A DNA stretch of 64,000 bases from Hyalangium versicolor (GCF_020103695.1 NZ_JAHXBF010000014.1:172297-236296), one strand, 5' to 3'; shown: positions 41,111-51,553, numbered from the stretch's first letter. Program-made: numbers and translations. The notes: generated from the letters alone by a model not told the origin.

Positions 41111-42817
41111 TCAGGACGGGTTGCCTTGAAGAGAAGCAGCCGCCGCGATGCCCGTGGGCAGGGTGATGCGGAAGATGCTGCCGCGGCCCACCTCACTCGT
41201 CACCACCTGGAGGGTACCGCCCATGGCCACGACGATGGTGCGGCACACCGACAGCCCCAGCCCTGTCCCCATGCCCACCGGTTTGGTCGTGAAGAACGGC
41301 TCGAAGATGCGCTCCAGGTTCTCTGGAGGAATCCCGCAGCCCGTGTCGTGCACCTCCACGATGACGGTGTCCAGGATACCCATGTGCACCACCACACGGA
41401 CCTCGTTCTCCTCCACCCGGCCCGGCTCGATGGAATGCGCGGCATTGACGATCAGGTTGAGCATCACCTGGCCCAGCCGAGGCCCATTGCCCTGGACCGG
41501 GGGCACGTCCTGGCAGTCCAACACCAGCCGGGCCCGCTCGCTCAACTCCTGGGTGGCAATGCTCGCGGCGCCGCGGATCACGCTCCCCAGATCCACAGGC
41601 CCCAGCGTGAGCTCGTCCGGCCGTGACAACACCTTGAGCTCCTGCACGATGATGCGGACCCGATCGGCACCCTCGCGCGCATCACCAATGGCTGTCATCA
41701 GCTCTTCCTTCTCCGGCAGACCCGCGGCCTCGGGCCTATCGAGCTCGCGCTGGATGAAGCGCAGGTTGCTGAGGATGTACGAGAGCGGGTTGTTGATCTC
41801 GTGGCCCACGCCCGCCGCGAGCCGCCCCACGGCGGCCAGCCTGTCCGCGAAGAGCAGCTGCGCCTGGGTGTCCTGGAGCTGCCGGAGGCTCTCCTCGAGC
41901 CGCGTATTGGCTGCCTCCAGCTCCGTGGTGCGCGCACGGACCGTCTCCTCCAGGATGGCGTTGTAGCGACGCGCCTCACGCTCGGAAACCTCGGCCTCGG
42001 CCTTCATCAAGCGCTGCTTCTCCTCGAGGGTGCCGTGCAGTTCGACGGCCATGCGATTCATGGCCTGGGCCAGCAGCCCCAGTTCGTCACGGCCCATGGT
42101 GGGCAGGGACACCGCGAAGTCACCGCGGCCCACTCGCTCCGCAACGCTCCTCAGCTGGCGCAACGAGCCCCGCAGGGGCAGGAAGAGGAACAGGGTCAGC
42201 GCCACCATGAGCACGGTGCAGGCCAGCGTGACGATATGGGTCAGGAGCAGAGAGCGCTTCACGTTCCGATCCCAGTGCTGCCGCAGCCACGTCAGCTCCT
42301 CCTGCTCCGCCGCCTCGATGGTGGCCATGTCCCGCCCCACCTCTCGCTCGTAGTCCTGGTAGAGCTCCCACTCGAGCATGGGCGGGATGGGGCGCTTCGC
42401 CGGTTCCGCGCGTACCCGAGCTTCGGTCTTCTCCATCCAGCGCAGCAGCGCCTGGATGACCTCGCTGAACTCCCGGCGCTCATCCGTGCGAGGCTTGTAC
42501 CCGCTGTCGCCGCTGATCCTCTCTTCCTCATCCACGCTCAAGTCGAGCTGCGTCTGCTCCGCGAGGACCTGGTTTTCCCTCTCGTGGAGAAAGGCAACGG
42601 TGTCCTGGCCGTTCTCCTTCATGCGGCTGAGCGTGTTCAGGAAGGGCCAGACGCCCGCCTTCAATCGCGCCACGGCCAGGAGTTGCTCTTGAGAGGCGAC
42701 CACCCGCTCGCGGATCTGGCGCCCCTTCCGTGTACCGAACAGGGAGTTGCCAGCCAGAATGGCAGTGATTCCAATCGCCACCAGTGCCAAAAGCAGGATC
42801 CTGGCGTTCACTGACAT
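41111..42817 (-). CDS. orphan sensor histidine kinase (periplasmic sensor, HAMP, HisKA, HATPase)
   Basis: Start at internal Met MSVNARILLLALVAIG (TM1). Periplasmic ~170 aa, TM2, HAMP, H-box GVGHEINNPLSYI, N/G boxes (NAAHSI, DTGCGI, GTGLGL). No receiver domain; sits 39 nt upstream of the protease gene. Confidence 0.85.
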   Translation of the reverse strand: MSVNARILLLALVAIGITAILAGNSLFGTRKGRQIRERVVASQEQLLAVARLKAGVWPFLNTLSRMKENGQDTVAFLHERENQVLAEQTQLDLSVDEEERISGDSGYKPRTDERREFSEVIQALLRWMEKTEARVRAEPAKRPIPPMLEWELYQDYEREVGRDMATIEAAEQEELTWLRQHWDRNVKRSLLLTHIVTLACTVLMVALTLFLFLPLRGSLRQLRSVAERVGRGDFAVSLPTMGRDELGLLAQAMNRMAVELHGTLEEKQRLMKAEAEVSEREARRYNAILEETVRARTTELEAANTRLEESLRQLQDTQAQLLFADRLAAVGRLAAGVGHEINNPLSYILSNLRFIQRELDRPEAAGLPEKEELMTAIGDAREGADRVRIIVQELKVLSRPDELTLGPVDLGSVIRGAASIATQELSERARLVLDCQDVPPVQGNGPRLGQVMLNLIVNAAHSIEPGRVEENEVRVVVHMGILDTVIVEVHDTGCGIPPENLERIFEPFFTTKPVGMGTGLGLSVCRTIVVAMGGTLQVVTSEVGRGSIFRITLPTGIAAAASLQGNPS

Positions 42818-42955
42818 GGAGTCCCCCTCCCGGAAGTCCCTCGCAGAACCTCGTAGAGGACACTCCGGTACGCGGAGGAGCGCCGCAAGCAGCCCCAGAG
42901 GGCAAGCCACTGCAAGGAAGTGAACGCTGGGATTCCCTTGCAGTGGCCGGGTGCG

Positions 42956-43411
42956 TCACTGGCCCTGGCTGGCCATCCGGCGCTTCATCTCCTCGGGAGA
43001 GATGTCTTCCTTGTGCGTGGCGAGGGTCCACTGGTGGCCGAACGGATCACGCAGGGTGCCAGAGCGATCGCCGTAGAACTGGTCCTTCACCGGGCGCTCC
43101 TCCTTCCCTCCAGCGGCGAGGGCCTGCTTGAAGAGTAGGTCCACATCCTCGGTGTAGATACAGAGACCCACGGGAGAGCCCCCCAGTGTCTCGGGACTGC
43201 GGGCCCCCATCTCGGGGAACTCATCGGCGAGCATGATGCGAGAAGTGCCGATCTGGAACTCCGAGTGCCCCACCGAGCCACCCGGACCTTCCAGGCGGTA
43301 GAGCTCATGCGCATTGAAGGCCTTCTTGTAGAACTCCAGTGCCCGGGCTGCCCCCTTCACGATCAGGTACGGCGTCACGGTGTGGTACCCCTCGGGAATT
43401 GCCTTCGCCAT
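42956..43411 (-). CDS. VOC-family (glyoxalase/bleomycin-resistance fold) protein
   Basis: Start MAKAIPEGYH with AAGGAG upstream. Two beta-alpha-beta-beta-beta modules (YLIVKGAARALEFY..., GHQWTL). Confidence 0.8.
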   Translation of the reverse strand: MAKAIPEGYHTVTPYLIVKGAARALEFYKKAFNAHELYRLEGPGGSVGHSEFQIGTSRIMLADEFPEMGARSPETLGGSPVGLCIYTEDVDLLFKQALAAGGKEERPVKDQFYGDRSGTLRDPFGHQWTLATHKEDISPEEMKRRMASQGQ

Positions 43412-43524
43412 GGCTGCTCTCCTTTGTTGGTGCGTGGAAAGTGGGTGCTCCTGCTTCTCACGAAGCGGCCGCCGAGTAGTCCGGCACCTGAACATCTGTC
43501 AAGTAGTTCAACGACAACTGTGCG

Positions 43525-44445
43525 TCACGTCCTTGCTTCCGTGTCCGCCAGGAGCCAGTCCCGCACCGCGAGGAAGCGCGCGGTGAGCGCCGTGGCCCGG
43601 CGCCACGCCAGCCAGATGGTGCCTCGGGGGCGCCGGAGCGAGCGCCGGCCGGACTCAGGCTCGAGCGCCACGACCCGCCCAGAGCGAACCGCCGGCTCCA
43701 CCAGGTAGTCCGGCAACACCGAGATGCCGCACCCAGCCTCGGCCAGCGCCAGCATCTCGTCGAGGTTGGTGATGTGACACACCACCTGGCTGGGGAGTGG
43801 CTCCTTCGCTCCAAAGGCCGCCCGCCACCACGGCTCGAGCATCGCCAGATCGGAGTCGAAGGCGACGAAGCGGTGGGAGCCGAAGTCCCGCGCGGTCCGA
43901 GGCGTGCCCTGCCGACGCAGGTATGCGGGAGCGGCCACGGCCACGAATCCCTCCTGCGCGATCGGCCGGACCTCCAGCCCCGAGGCCTCGGGCAGCGTGC
44001 CCATGATGGCCAGATCCACCTCGCCTCCCAACAGCCTTCGGGTGAGCAGGCTCGACACCTCGAAGCGCACGCTCAGGCGCAGGTCCGGATGTTGCTCCAG
44101 CAATCCGGGCAGCCGCGGACGCAGCCAGAAGCGGCAGAAGGGCCACGGACCTCCCAGGGTCACCTCCCCTCGCACCGAGCGCTGGGCCTCCGCGGCCTCT
44201 TCGATCGCCGTGTCCAGAGCTGGCAGGTGCTCGCCCAACCGCTCCACCAGGGCCGCGCCGATGGGCGTCAGCCGGGCCCGGCGGCCCACCCGCTCGAACA
44301 GCGCCACGCCCAGACGCGCCTCCAATGCCTTGAGTTGCTGCCCCACTGCCGAGGCAGTGATGCCGAGCCGAGCCGCCGCTCCCGCATAGGTCCCGGCCCG
44401 ACTCACTTCCCACAGCGTCCACAGCGCTTCATGATTGCCAAGCAC
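43525..44445 (-). CDS. LysR-family transcriptional regulator
   Basis: N-terminal wHTH (GTYAGAAARLGITASAVGQQLKALEARLGVALFER) plus a LysR substrate-binding domain. Divergent to the DJ-1 gene. Confidence 0.85.
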   Translation of the reverse strand: MLGNHEALWTLWEVSRAGTYAGAAARLGITASAVGQQLKALEARLGVALFERVGRRARLTPIGAALVERLGEHLPALDTAIEEAAEAQRSVRGEVTLGGPWPFCRFWLRPRLPGLLEQHPDLRLSVRFEVSSLLTRRLLGGEVDLAIMGTLPEASGLEVRPIAQEGFVAVAAPAYLRRQGTPRTARDFGSHRFVAFDSDLAMLEPWWRAAFGAKEPLPSQVVCHITNLDEMLALAEAGCGISVLPDYLVEPAVRSGRVVALEPESGRRSLRRPRGTIWLAWRRATALTARFLAVRDWLLADTEART

Positions 44446-44553
44446 CGCTACATATTATGTGAAGACACCCTCGGTTTTCTTGCGAAGCCCCGAGCGGTAC
44501 CTCTCTGCGCATCGCCCCCCATGCAGGGAGGCACGATGCAAGGAGCAACCACG

Positions 44554-45246
44554 ATGAAGGCACTGACCGCGATCAAGATCCTGTTGATCGTCACCAGTCA
44601 CGAGCAGATGGGGACCACCGGCGAGCAGACCGGCTTCTGGCTGGAGGAGCTGGCGGCGCCCTACCGCGAGTTCACGGCGGAGGGCGCGCAGGTCGACATC
44701 GCCTCTCCCAAGGGCGGCAAGGCCCCCGCCGATCCGCGCAGCGTGAAGGACGCCTCCGAGGAGACTCGCGCCTTCCTGTCCGATCCCCAGGCCAGGTCCA
44801 AGCTGGAGCACACGCTCGTATTGGGAGAGGTGAAGGACACGTACGATGCCTACTTCGTCGTGGGTGGCCACGGAGTAATGTGGGATCTGGCGACCCATGC
44901 GCCCCTCCACAAGCTGCTCGCGAGCGCGTACGCCCGCGGGGCGGTGGTCGCAGCGGTGTGCCACGGGCCGGCGGCACTGGTCGGAGTGAAGGGCGCGGAC
45001 GGCAAGCCGCTCGTTGCCGGCAAGCGCGTGGCGGCCTTCTCCGACGAGGAGGAGCGCGCGGCGAAGCTCGACAAGGTGGTGCCCTTCCCCCTGGAGACGC
45101 GCCTGCGCGAGCTCGGGGCCCGCTACGAGCGGGGGCCCATGTGGGGCAGCTTCGCCGTGCGCGACGGCCAGCTGATCACCGGCCAGAACCCCGCTTCCTC
45201 GGTGGCTGCCGCGAAAGAGGTCATCGGCGCCCTGCGGAAGAAGTAG
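44554..45246 (+). CDS. DJ-1/PfpI-family (type 1 glutamine amidotransferase-like) protein
   Basis: AAGGAG 9 nt upstream of the ATG. Nucleophile-elbow Cys in AAVCHGPAAL. KILLIVTSHE N-terminus. Confidence 0.8.
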   Translation: MKALTAIKILLIVTSHEQMGTTGEQTGFWLEELAAPYREFTAEGAQVDIASPKGGKAPADPRSVKDASEETRAFLSDPQARSKLEHTLVLGEVKDTYDAYFVVGGHGVMWDLATHAPLHKLLASAYARGAVVAAVCHGPAALVGVKGADGKPLVAGKRVAAFSDEEERAAKLDKVVPFPLETRLRELGARYERGPMWGSFAVRDGQLITGQNPASSVAAAKEVIGALRKK

Positions 45247-45264
45247 GCCCGGGCTCGCGCCCGC

Positions 45265-46305
45265 TCAGTCCAGCGGAACCGTCCGCCCCTCTTCGGCGCT
45301 GCGCTGCGCGGCTTCCAGCACCTGGATCACCTGCGCCGCGCTCTCCGCCGTCACGGGCACCGGGCCCTCGCCCCTCATGGCGAGGACGAGCTGGCGGTAG
45401 AACTCCTCATAGCGTCCTGGCACGGTGGGCACGCTCCCGCCCCGGCTCAGCCGTCCGTGCCGCTCCGGCGGTTCGGCGCCCCACCCTGCCATTCCGGGCC
45501 TCAACCCGGCCTTGAGCTGCTCCTCTTGCGGATCCAGGCCGTGCTTGAGGTAGGCATCCGCCTCGCCCTGCACCACGAAGCGCGGCCACGGCTCATGCAC
45601 CACCGAGCCCGAGTGCAGGATGACGCGCAGCTCGCCGTAGCGCAGCAGCAGGTGGAACCAGTCCACCGCCTTCCCCTCGGCCCGCTGCCGTCCGACATCC
45701 GCGATGATCGAGTCGGGCATCCCGAAGAGCTGGAGCGCTTGATCCACCAGGTGAGGCCCGAGATCCCACAAGGTGCCACCTCCCGGCACGTCCTCCTCCT
45801 TCCAGCGCTTCTTCACCTGCGGCCGGAAGCGATCGAAGTGGCTCTCGAAGCTGTAGAGCTTTCCCAGCCGGCCCTGCTCGATCAGCTGGCGCACCGTCAG
45901 GAAGTCCCCGTCCCAGCGCCGGTTCTGGAAGACCGTCAGGCACCGGTGCTTCTCCCGAGCCAGCGCCCCCAGCCGAGCGGCCGCTCCCGATTCCAGGGTG
46001 AACGGCTTCTCCACGACGACGTGCTTGCCCGCCCGAAGCGCCTGCTCCGCCAGCGCCGCATGGCTGTCATTCGGCGAGGCGACGACGATCAGCTCGAGCT
46101 CCGGGTCGGCCAGCAGGTCCTCGACGGACAGCACGCGCGCTCCGGGCCAGTCGCGCGCTACCGCCTCGGCGTTGCGGGTGGCAATGGCCCTCAAGGAGAG
46201 TGCCGGTTCCCTGGCAATCAAGGGAGCATGGAAGCTGGCCCCGGCCAGGCCGTAGCCCACAAGGCCCACGCGGAAAACATCTGGGATCAGAAGTGGATCA
46301 GGCAC
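45265..46305 (-). CDS. Gfo/Idh/MocA-family NAD(P)-dependent oxidoreductase
   Basis: Rossmann N-terminus VGLVGYGLAGASFHAPLI, motif HVVVEKP, and the C-terminal alpha/beta domain. Confidence 0.85.
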   Translation of the reverse strand: MPDPLLIPDVFRVGLVGYGLAGASFHAPLIAREPALSLRAIATRNAEAVARDWPGARVLSVEDLLADPELELIVVASPNDSHAALAEQALRAGKHVVVEKPFTLESGAAARLGALAREKHRCLTVFQNRRWDGDFLTVRQLIEQGRLGKLYSFESHFDRFRPQVKKRWKEEDVPGGGTLWDLGPHLVDQALQLFGMPDSIIADVGRQRAEGKAVDWFHLLLRYGELRVILHSGSVVHEPWPRFVVQGEADAYLKHGLDPQEEQLKAGLRPGMAGWGAEPPERHGRLSRGGSVPTVPGRYEEFYRQLVLAMRGEGPVPVTAESAAQVIQVLEAAQRSAEEGRTVPLD

Positions 46306-46485
46306 CCCCAGACGGTAACGCGGTCCGTTCCGGGGCCCAAGCCCCCGCCTCCTTGCCTACCCAGGGGGCGGCCCTGCTTTTCACCAAGGAAGTCGAGGAC
46401 TTGAGAGGTCAGGCAAGCACGTGTTACGACCGCGACGGCCAGAGCCGCAGCCGCGATCTTCCCCTCTGCCGGAGCCTGCTTCCCC

Positions 46486-49400
46486 ATGAGCGAGCAGAAC
46501 GATCTCACGAGGACTTCGTCCTCCGCCTCCATCCCCGCGCCGGGAACCCCTCCCGTGAAGCCCGCGACGGAGGTCCTCGCCCAGAACATGAGCGCCATGC
46601 CGGCAGCCAGCACCCCCGAAGACGATGCCCGCGAGCGCCTCGCCGCCCTCGAGCGCGAAGCCCGAGCCATCAGCTCCTCCGATCCCCAGGCTGCTGCCCT
46701 GCTCTTCCATGAGATGGGCCTCCTCTGGGAAGAGACGCTCAAGAACCCGCGCAACGCGGCCGTCGCCTTCCAGAATGCCTACAAGCTGGCGCCCAAGTTC
46801 CTCGTGAACATCCGCGCCGCGCGCCGGCTCTTCGCGGACGTGGGCAACTGGCAGATGGTCATCCAGCTGCTGGACGCGGAGCTGGGCGGCACCGAGGATC
46901 CTCGCCAGAAGGCCACGCTCCTCTTCGAGAAGGCCTCCATCCTCGAGGAGCGCCTGTCTCGCGAGGCGGATGCCAAGGCCGCCTGGAAGATGAGCCTGGA
47001 GCTGAAGCCCACGGAAGTCGGCCTGCTCATCCAGCTCGAAGCACACTACGCCGCCCGCAACGACCACGAGTCCCTCATCGAGGTGTACCGGCTGCTGGCC
47101 AGCACGCTGGAGAACCCCACCCTCCGCGCGCACTACCTCACCTCGGCGGGCCTGGTGCTGGAGGAGCGCCTCAAGCAGCGCGAGGCCGCCGCCGTGTTCT
47201 TCCGCCAGGCCTTCGCGCTGGACCGATCGGACCTGCTGCTGCTGGCGGCCATGAAGCGCCTGGCCGAGCGCGAGGGCCGCGCCGACGAGTTGCTGGGCGC
47301 GCTGGCCGCCGAGGCCCACGTGCTGGGCACCCAGGCCACGCCCGCGTACCTGCAGATCGCCAAGGTCTACGAGCGCATGGGGCGCAAGGATGACGCCCTG
47401 GCCGCGCTGCTGGCCGCGCGCCGCGTCACCCCCAACGAGCCGCTCGTGCTCTCCGAGCTGGCCGGCATCTACGAGACGCAGGGCCGCTACGAGGAGCTGT
47501 CGGACGTGCTGCTGGCGTGGGTGGGCTCCATCAACGACGAGAGCGAGCTGGTGGCCATCAACCTGCGCCTGGCCGCGCTCTATGAGGAGGATCTCAAGCG
47601 CGAGCAGGACGCCGTCTCGCGCTACCAGGCCATCCTCTCGCGCATCCCCGGCCACGGCCCCGCGCTGGCCGGCCTGGGCAAGCTCTACCACCGGCTGCAG
47701 AACTGGGAGGGGCTGGTCTCCGTGTTCGACGCGGAGCTCGCCGCCGCCGAGGACGCCCGGCAGAAGGCCGCCCGCATGTACAAGGCGGCCGAGGTGCTGG
47801 AGGAGAAGCTGGGACGGCAGGAGGATGCCATCTCCCGCTACAACACCTGCCTCCAGCTCCAGCCCGGCTACCTGCCCGCGCAAAAGGCCCTCTCGCGCCT
47901 CTACGAGCGCCAGGGCCGCTTCGCCGAGCTCGTGGGCATGTACGAGCAGGATCTGCTGCAGACCGCGGATCGCGATCAGCTCATCTCCACGCTCAACAAG
48001 ATGGCGGTCATCTACGAGGACCGCCTGGGCGATCTGGAGCACGCCATCGAGTGCATGAAGCGCATCCTCGATCTGGCCTCGGATCACCTGCCCACCATCC
48101 GCAACCTGTCGCGGCTGTACGAGCGCGCCGGGCGCTACCGCGAGCTCATCGAGTCGCAGGAGCTGGAGGGCTCGTTCGCCGGTGACACCAAGCAGGTGCT
48201 GTCGCTCTACCACCGCAACGCGGAGATCCTGGACGAGAACCTCAAGGATCGCCCTGGCGCCATCTCCATGTACGAGCGCGTGCTGTCCCTGTCACCCTCG
48301 TACCTGCCCGCGCTCAAGGCTCTGGGCCGGCTGTACGCGCTGGAGGGCCGCTGGAACGAGCTGATCAAGATGTACCGGGCGGAGGCGGAGATCTCCCCGT
48401 CCACCGAGCAGGCCGCCACGCTGCAGTTCAAGATCGGCGAGCTGTACGAGCACCGCCTCAAGGAGCAGAACGAGGCCATCGCCGCCTACGAGGAGGCGCT
48501 GACGCTGGCGCCCAGCTACTTCCCCGCGCTGCGCGCCCTGGCCCGCATCTACCGGTCCAACTCGCACTGGGAGAAGCTGATCGAGGTGCTGCGCGCCGAG
48601 GCCGCCAACCGCATCGATCCGGTGGAGCGGGCCAACGCGCTCTTCCAGGCCGCCGCCATCTGGGAGGATCAGTTGCAGCGGCCGGAGCTGGCCATCGAGG
48701 GCTACCAGGAGGTGCTCAAGGTGACGCCGGGCCACGCAGCCTCGCTGCGCGCCCTGGAGCGGCTCTACACCACTCAGGACAACACCAAGGAGCTGGTGGC
48801 CATCCTGGATCGCGAGACGCAGGTGGGCCAGACGCCGGGCGCCAAGGTGGCCGCCTACCTCAAGCTGGCGCGCCTGTACCTGGATCGCTTCCAGGAGCCC
48901 GCCCGCGCCGCCCAGTGCTGCGAGGCCGTGCTCCAGCTGGATGCGGGCCAGTTCACCGCGCTGAAGATGCTCGAGCGCATCCGCTCCGGAGACAAGCCGC
49001 GCCGCGCCGAGCTGCGCTTCCGCCTCTCCGAGCGCGTCCCCGAGGCCCGGCTCCGCACCGCGCTGCGCCTGTCCGCCGCCGCCGATCAGGACAAGGGCTC
49101 CACCGAGGCCACGCTGGAGGAGTACCGACAGGCCTTCCAGGAGGATCCCGCGGACGTGCGCGTGGCCTTCGCCCTGGAGCGCGCCCTGCGGCAGGCCGGT
49201 GACTTCGCGGGCCTGGCCTGGCTCTTCAGCCGCCGCCTGGAGATCGTCACCGAGCCCATCGAGCGCGTGGAGTTGATGCTGCGCAGCGCCGATCTGGCCG
49301 AGCACAAGCTGGGCGATCTGGAGCGCGCGGGGCAGCTCTACCGCGCCGCCCTGGAGGGTCAGCCGCAGTGCCTGCCCGCCCTCATGGGCTCGCGGCGCGT

Positions 49401-51549
49401 GCAGCTCAAGCAGGGCAACGCCGCGGCCGCTCGCGCCACCCTGGAGGCCGAGGCCCGCGCCAGCCGCGATCCTCGCAGCGCCGTGGAGGCCTTCATCGCC
49501 GCCGCGAAGCTTGCCTCCTCCCGGCTGAACGATCTGGACGGCGCCGCCGCCCTGTACCGCGCGGCCCTGGAGAAGGAGCCGCTCAACCCCGTGGCCACCG
49601 CCGGGCTGGAGGATCTGCTCGCCCAGCGCGGGGGCACCTCGGATCTCGCGGCCCTGCACGAGCGGCGCGGCGAGGCCAAGCTGGCCCAGCGGGACTACGC
49701 CGCGGCAGCGGCCTCCTTCATCAGCGGGGCAAAGCTGTGCCTCACGGCCCTGAACGATCGCTCCAAGGCGATGGTGATGCTGGAGCGCGCATTGTCCGCG
49801 GTGCCGAACTTCCCGGATGCCCTGGAGCTCAAGGGCAAGCTGCTGCTGGAGAACCAGCAGTATGCCGAGGCCGCCGCGGCGCTCGCCCAGCGCGTGCAGC
49901 AGGGAGGCGATCCTCGCGTGCTCGCACAGCACCACCTCACCCTGGGTGGCCTGTACCAGACGCACCTGAACGAGCCGAGCCGCGCCTCCGCGCACCTCCA
50001 GACGGCGCTGGCGGCCATGCCGAAGAACGAGGAGGCCCTGGATCGCCTGGCCACCCTGCACGCCCAGGGCCGCAACTGGTCCGGCGCGGTGGACTGCCTC
50101 AAGCGCCTGCTGGAGCTGGATCTCACGACGGCGGACCGGGCGCGCCACACGGTGGAGTTGGCGCGCATCCATGACGAGGGCCTGGGTGACACAGCGGGTG
50201 CCTCCGCGCTGTACCGCAAGGCGCTGGAGCTGATCCCCGGGGACTCGGAGCTGGTGGACCGGCTCGTCATCCTCTACGAGCGCGCCCACAACCTGCCGGA
50301 GCTGGCGCAGATGCTGGAGGCGCAGGTGGGGACGCTCGCCTCGGTGGATCCGAAGCGGGCCCAGTCCGTGCGGATGCGGCTGGCGGAGCTGTTTGCCCGT
50401 CAGCTCGATCAGCCAGTGCGCGCCACCGCCGTCTTCCGCCAGGTGCTGGAGCACGAGCCGACGAACATCTCGGCGCGTGCGTCGCTCGCGGAGCTGTACA
50501 CGCGCGATTCCACGGCCACGGCGATGGCCATCGAGGAGCACCGGCAGCTGCTGAAGCTGGATCCGACGCGAGTGGAGAGCCTCCACGCCCTCTTCAAGCT
50601 GTGGGAGGGCCTCAAGCAGCACGACAAGGCCTTCTGCGCGGCGTCGGCGCTCCAGTTCCTGCGCTCGGCCAATGAAGTCGAGGTCGTCTATTACAACGAG
50701 GCCAAGGCCCGGCTGGCCCAGGACGCCAAGGAGAACCTCCCGCTGGCGGACCTGGACGGCATGCTGCTGCACCCATCCACGCGCGGACCGCTGCTGGAGC
50801 TGCTGCGCGCCATCGGCGATCAGCTCAACAAGCTGCACCCGCCCCAGTTCGAGATGCTGGGAGTGGACAAGAAGGCGGACAAGCTCAAGCCGGACACGGC
50901 GGTGTTCAAGGCCATCCGCGCTGTGGCGCAGGTCTTCGGTGTGGAGGAGTTCGAGGTCTACCAGTCCCGCCGCGGGCTGATGACGCTGGAGACCACCGAG
51001 CCGCTGTCTGTGTGCGTGGGCCAGGACGTGGTGCGCAAGTTCAACGCCCGCGAGCAGAAGTTCCTCATCGGCCGCGCGGTGCTGGGCCTGCTGAACAAGT
51101 CGGCGGTGCTGTCGAAGCTCTCCCAGGGCGAGACGGCGGATTTGTTCGGCAACTCGGTGCGCATCCACTCGGCGCAGTTCACCGCGCTGGGGCGGAAGAA
51201 CGACGAGACGGTGAAGCAGCTGCGCAAGCTGTACTCGCGCAAGGCGCTCAAGGCGCTGGAGACGCCGGCCATGGCGCTCGCGGCCGATTCCTCGAAGGTG
51301 GATCTGAAGAAGCTGACCGAGGGGCTCTCACTGTCCGCGGATCGGGCCGGCATGCTGATGTGCGGCGACATCACCGTGGGCCTGGGACTGGTGCTGCGCG
51401 AGGACCCGTCGATGGCGAACTCGAAGGTCGACTCGATGGATCCGGTGTTGGCGGCGCTGAAGGCGCGCGACGACCTGAAGGATCTGCTGAGCTTCTCGCT
51501 GTCGGACGACTTCTTCCGGCTGCGGCAGCGGCTGGGGCTGGGGCTGTAG
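46486..51549 (+). CDS. giant tetratricopeptide-repeat protein (1687 aa) with a ~400-aa non-TPR C-terminal domain
   Basis: More than 30 consecutive 34-aa TPR units (recurring A..Y.RAL.L.P....AL..LG.LY). The final ~400 aa (from about FCAASALQFLRSANEV) lose the TPR periodicity. Confidence 0.85.
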   Translation: MSEQNDLTRTSSSASIPAPGTPPVKPATEVLAQNMSAMPAASTPEDDARERLAALEREARAISSSDPQAAALLFHEMGLLWEETLKNPRNAAVAFQNAYKLAPKFLVNIRAARRLFADVGNWQMVIQLLDAELGGTEDPRQKATLLFEKASILEERLSREADAKAAWKMSLELKPTEVGLLIQLEAHYAARNDHESLIEVYRLLASTLENPTLRAHYLTSAGLVLEERLKQREAAAVFFRQAFALDRSDLLLLAAMKRLAEREGRADELLGALAAEAHVLGTQATPAYLQIAKVYERMGRKDDALAALLAARRVTPNEPLVLSELAGIYETQGRYEELSDVLLAWVGSINDESELVAINLRLAALYEEDLKREQDAVSRYQAILSRIPGHGPALAGLGKLYHRLQNWEGLVSVFDAELAAAEDARQKAARMYKAAEVLEEKLGRQEDAISRYNTCLQLQPGYLPAQKALSRLYERQGRFAELVGMYEQDLLQTADRDQLISTLNKMAVIYEDRLGDLEHAIECMKRILDLASDHLPTIRNLSRLYERAGRYRELIESQELEGSFAGDTKQVLSLYHRNAEILDENLKDRPGAISMYERVLSLSPSYLPALKALGRLYALEGRWNELIKMYRAEAEISPSTEQAATLQFKIGELYEHRLKEQNEAIAAYEEALTLAPSYFPALRALARIYRSNSHWEKLIEVLRAEAANRIDPVERANALFQAAAIWEDQLQRPELAIEGYQEVLKVTPGHAASLRALERLYTTQDNTKELVAILDRETQVGQTPGAKVAAYLKLARLYLDRFQEPARAAQCCEAVLQLDAGQFTALKMLERIRSGDKPRRAELRFRLSERVPEARLRTALRLSAAADQDKGSTEATLEEYRQAFQEDPADVRVAFALERALRQAGDFAGLAWLFSRRLEIVTEPIERVELMLRSADLAEHKLGDLERAGQLYRAALEGQPQCLPALMGSRRVQLKQGNAAAARATLEAEARASRDPRSAVEAFIAAAKLASSRLNDLDGAAALYRAALEKEPLNPVATAGLEDLLAQRGGTSDLAALHERRGEAKLAQRDYAAAAASFISGAKLCLTALNDRSKAMVMLERALSAVPNFPDALELKGKLLLENQQYAEAAAALAQRVQQGGDPRVLAQHHLTLGGLYQTHLNEPSRASAHLQTALAAMPKNEEALDRLATLHAQGRNWSGAVDCLKRLLELDLTTADRARHTVELARIHDEGLGDTAGASALYRKALELIPGDSELVDRLVILYERAHNLPELAQMLEAQVGTLASVDPKRAQSVRMRLAELFARQLDQPVRATAVFRQVLEHEPTNISARASLAELYTRDSTATAMAIEEHRQLLKLDPTRVESLHALFKLWEGLKQHDKAFCAASALQFLRSANEVEVVYYNEAKARLAQDAKENLPLADLDGMLLHPSTRGPLLELLRAIGDQLNKLHPPQFEMLGVDKKADKLKPDTAVFKAIRAVAQVFGVEEFEVYQSRRGLMTLETTEPLSVCVGQDVVRKFNAREQKFLIGRAVLGLLNKSAVLSKLSQGETADLFGNSVRIHSAQFTALGRKNDETVKQLRKLYSRKALKALETPAMALAADSSKVDLKKLTEGLSLSADRAGMLMCGDITVGLGLVLREDPSMANSKVDSMDPVLAALKARDDLKDLLSFSLSDDFFRLRQRLGLGL

Positions 51550-51553
51550 CCGG

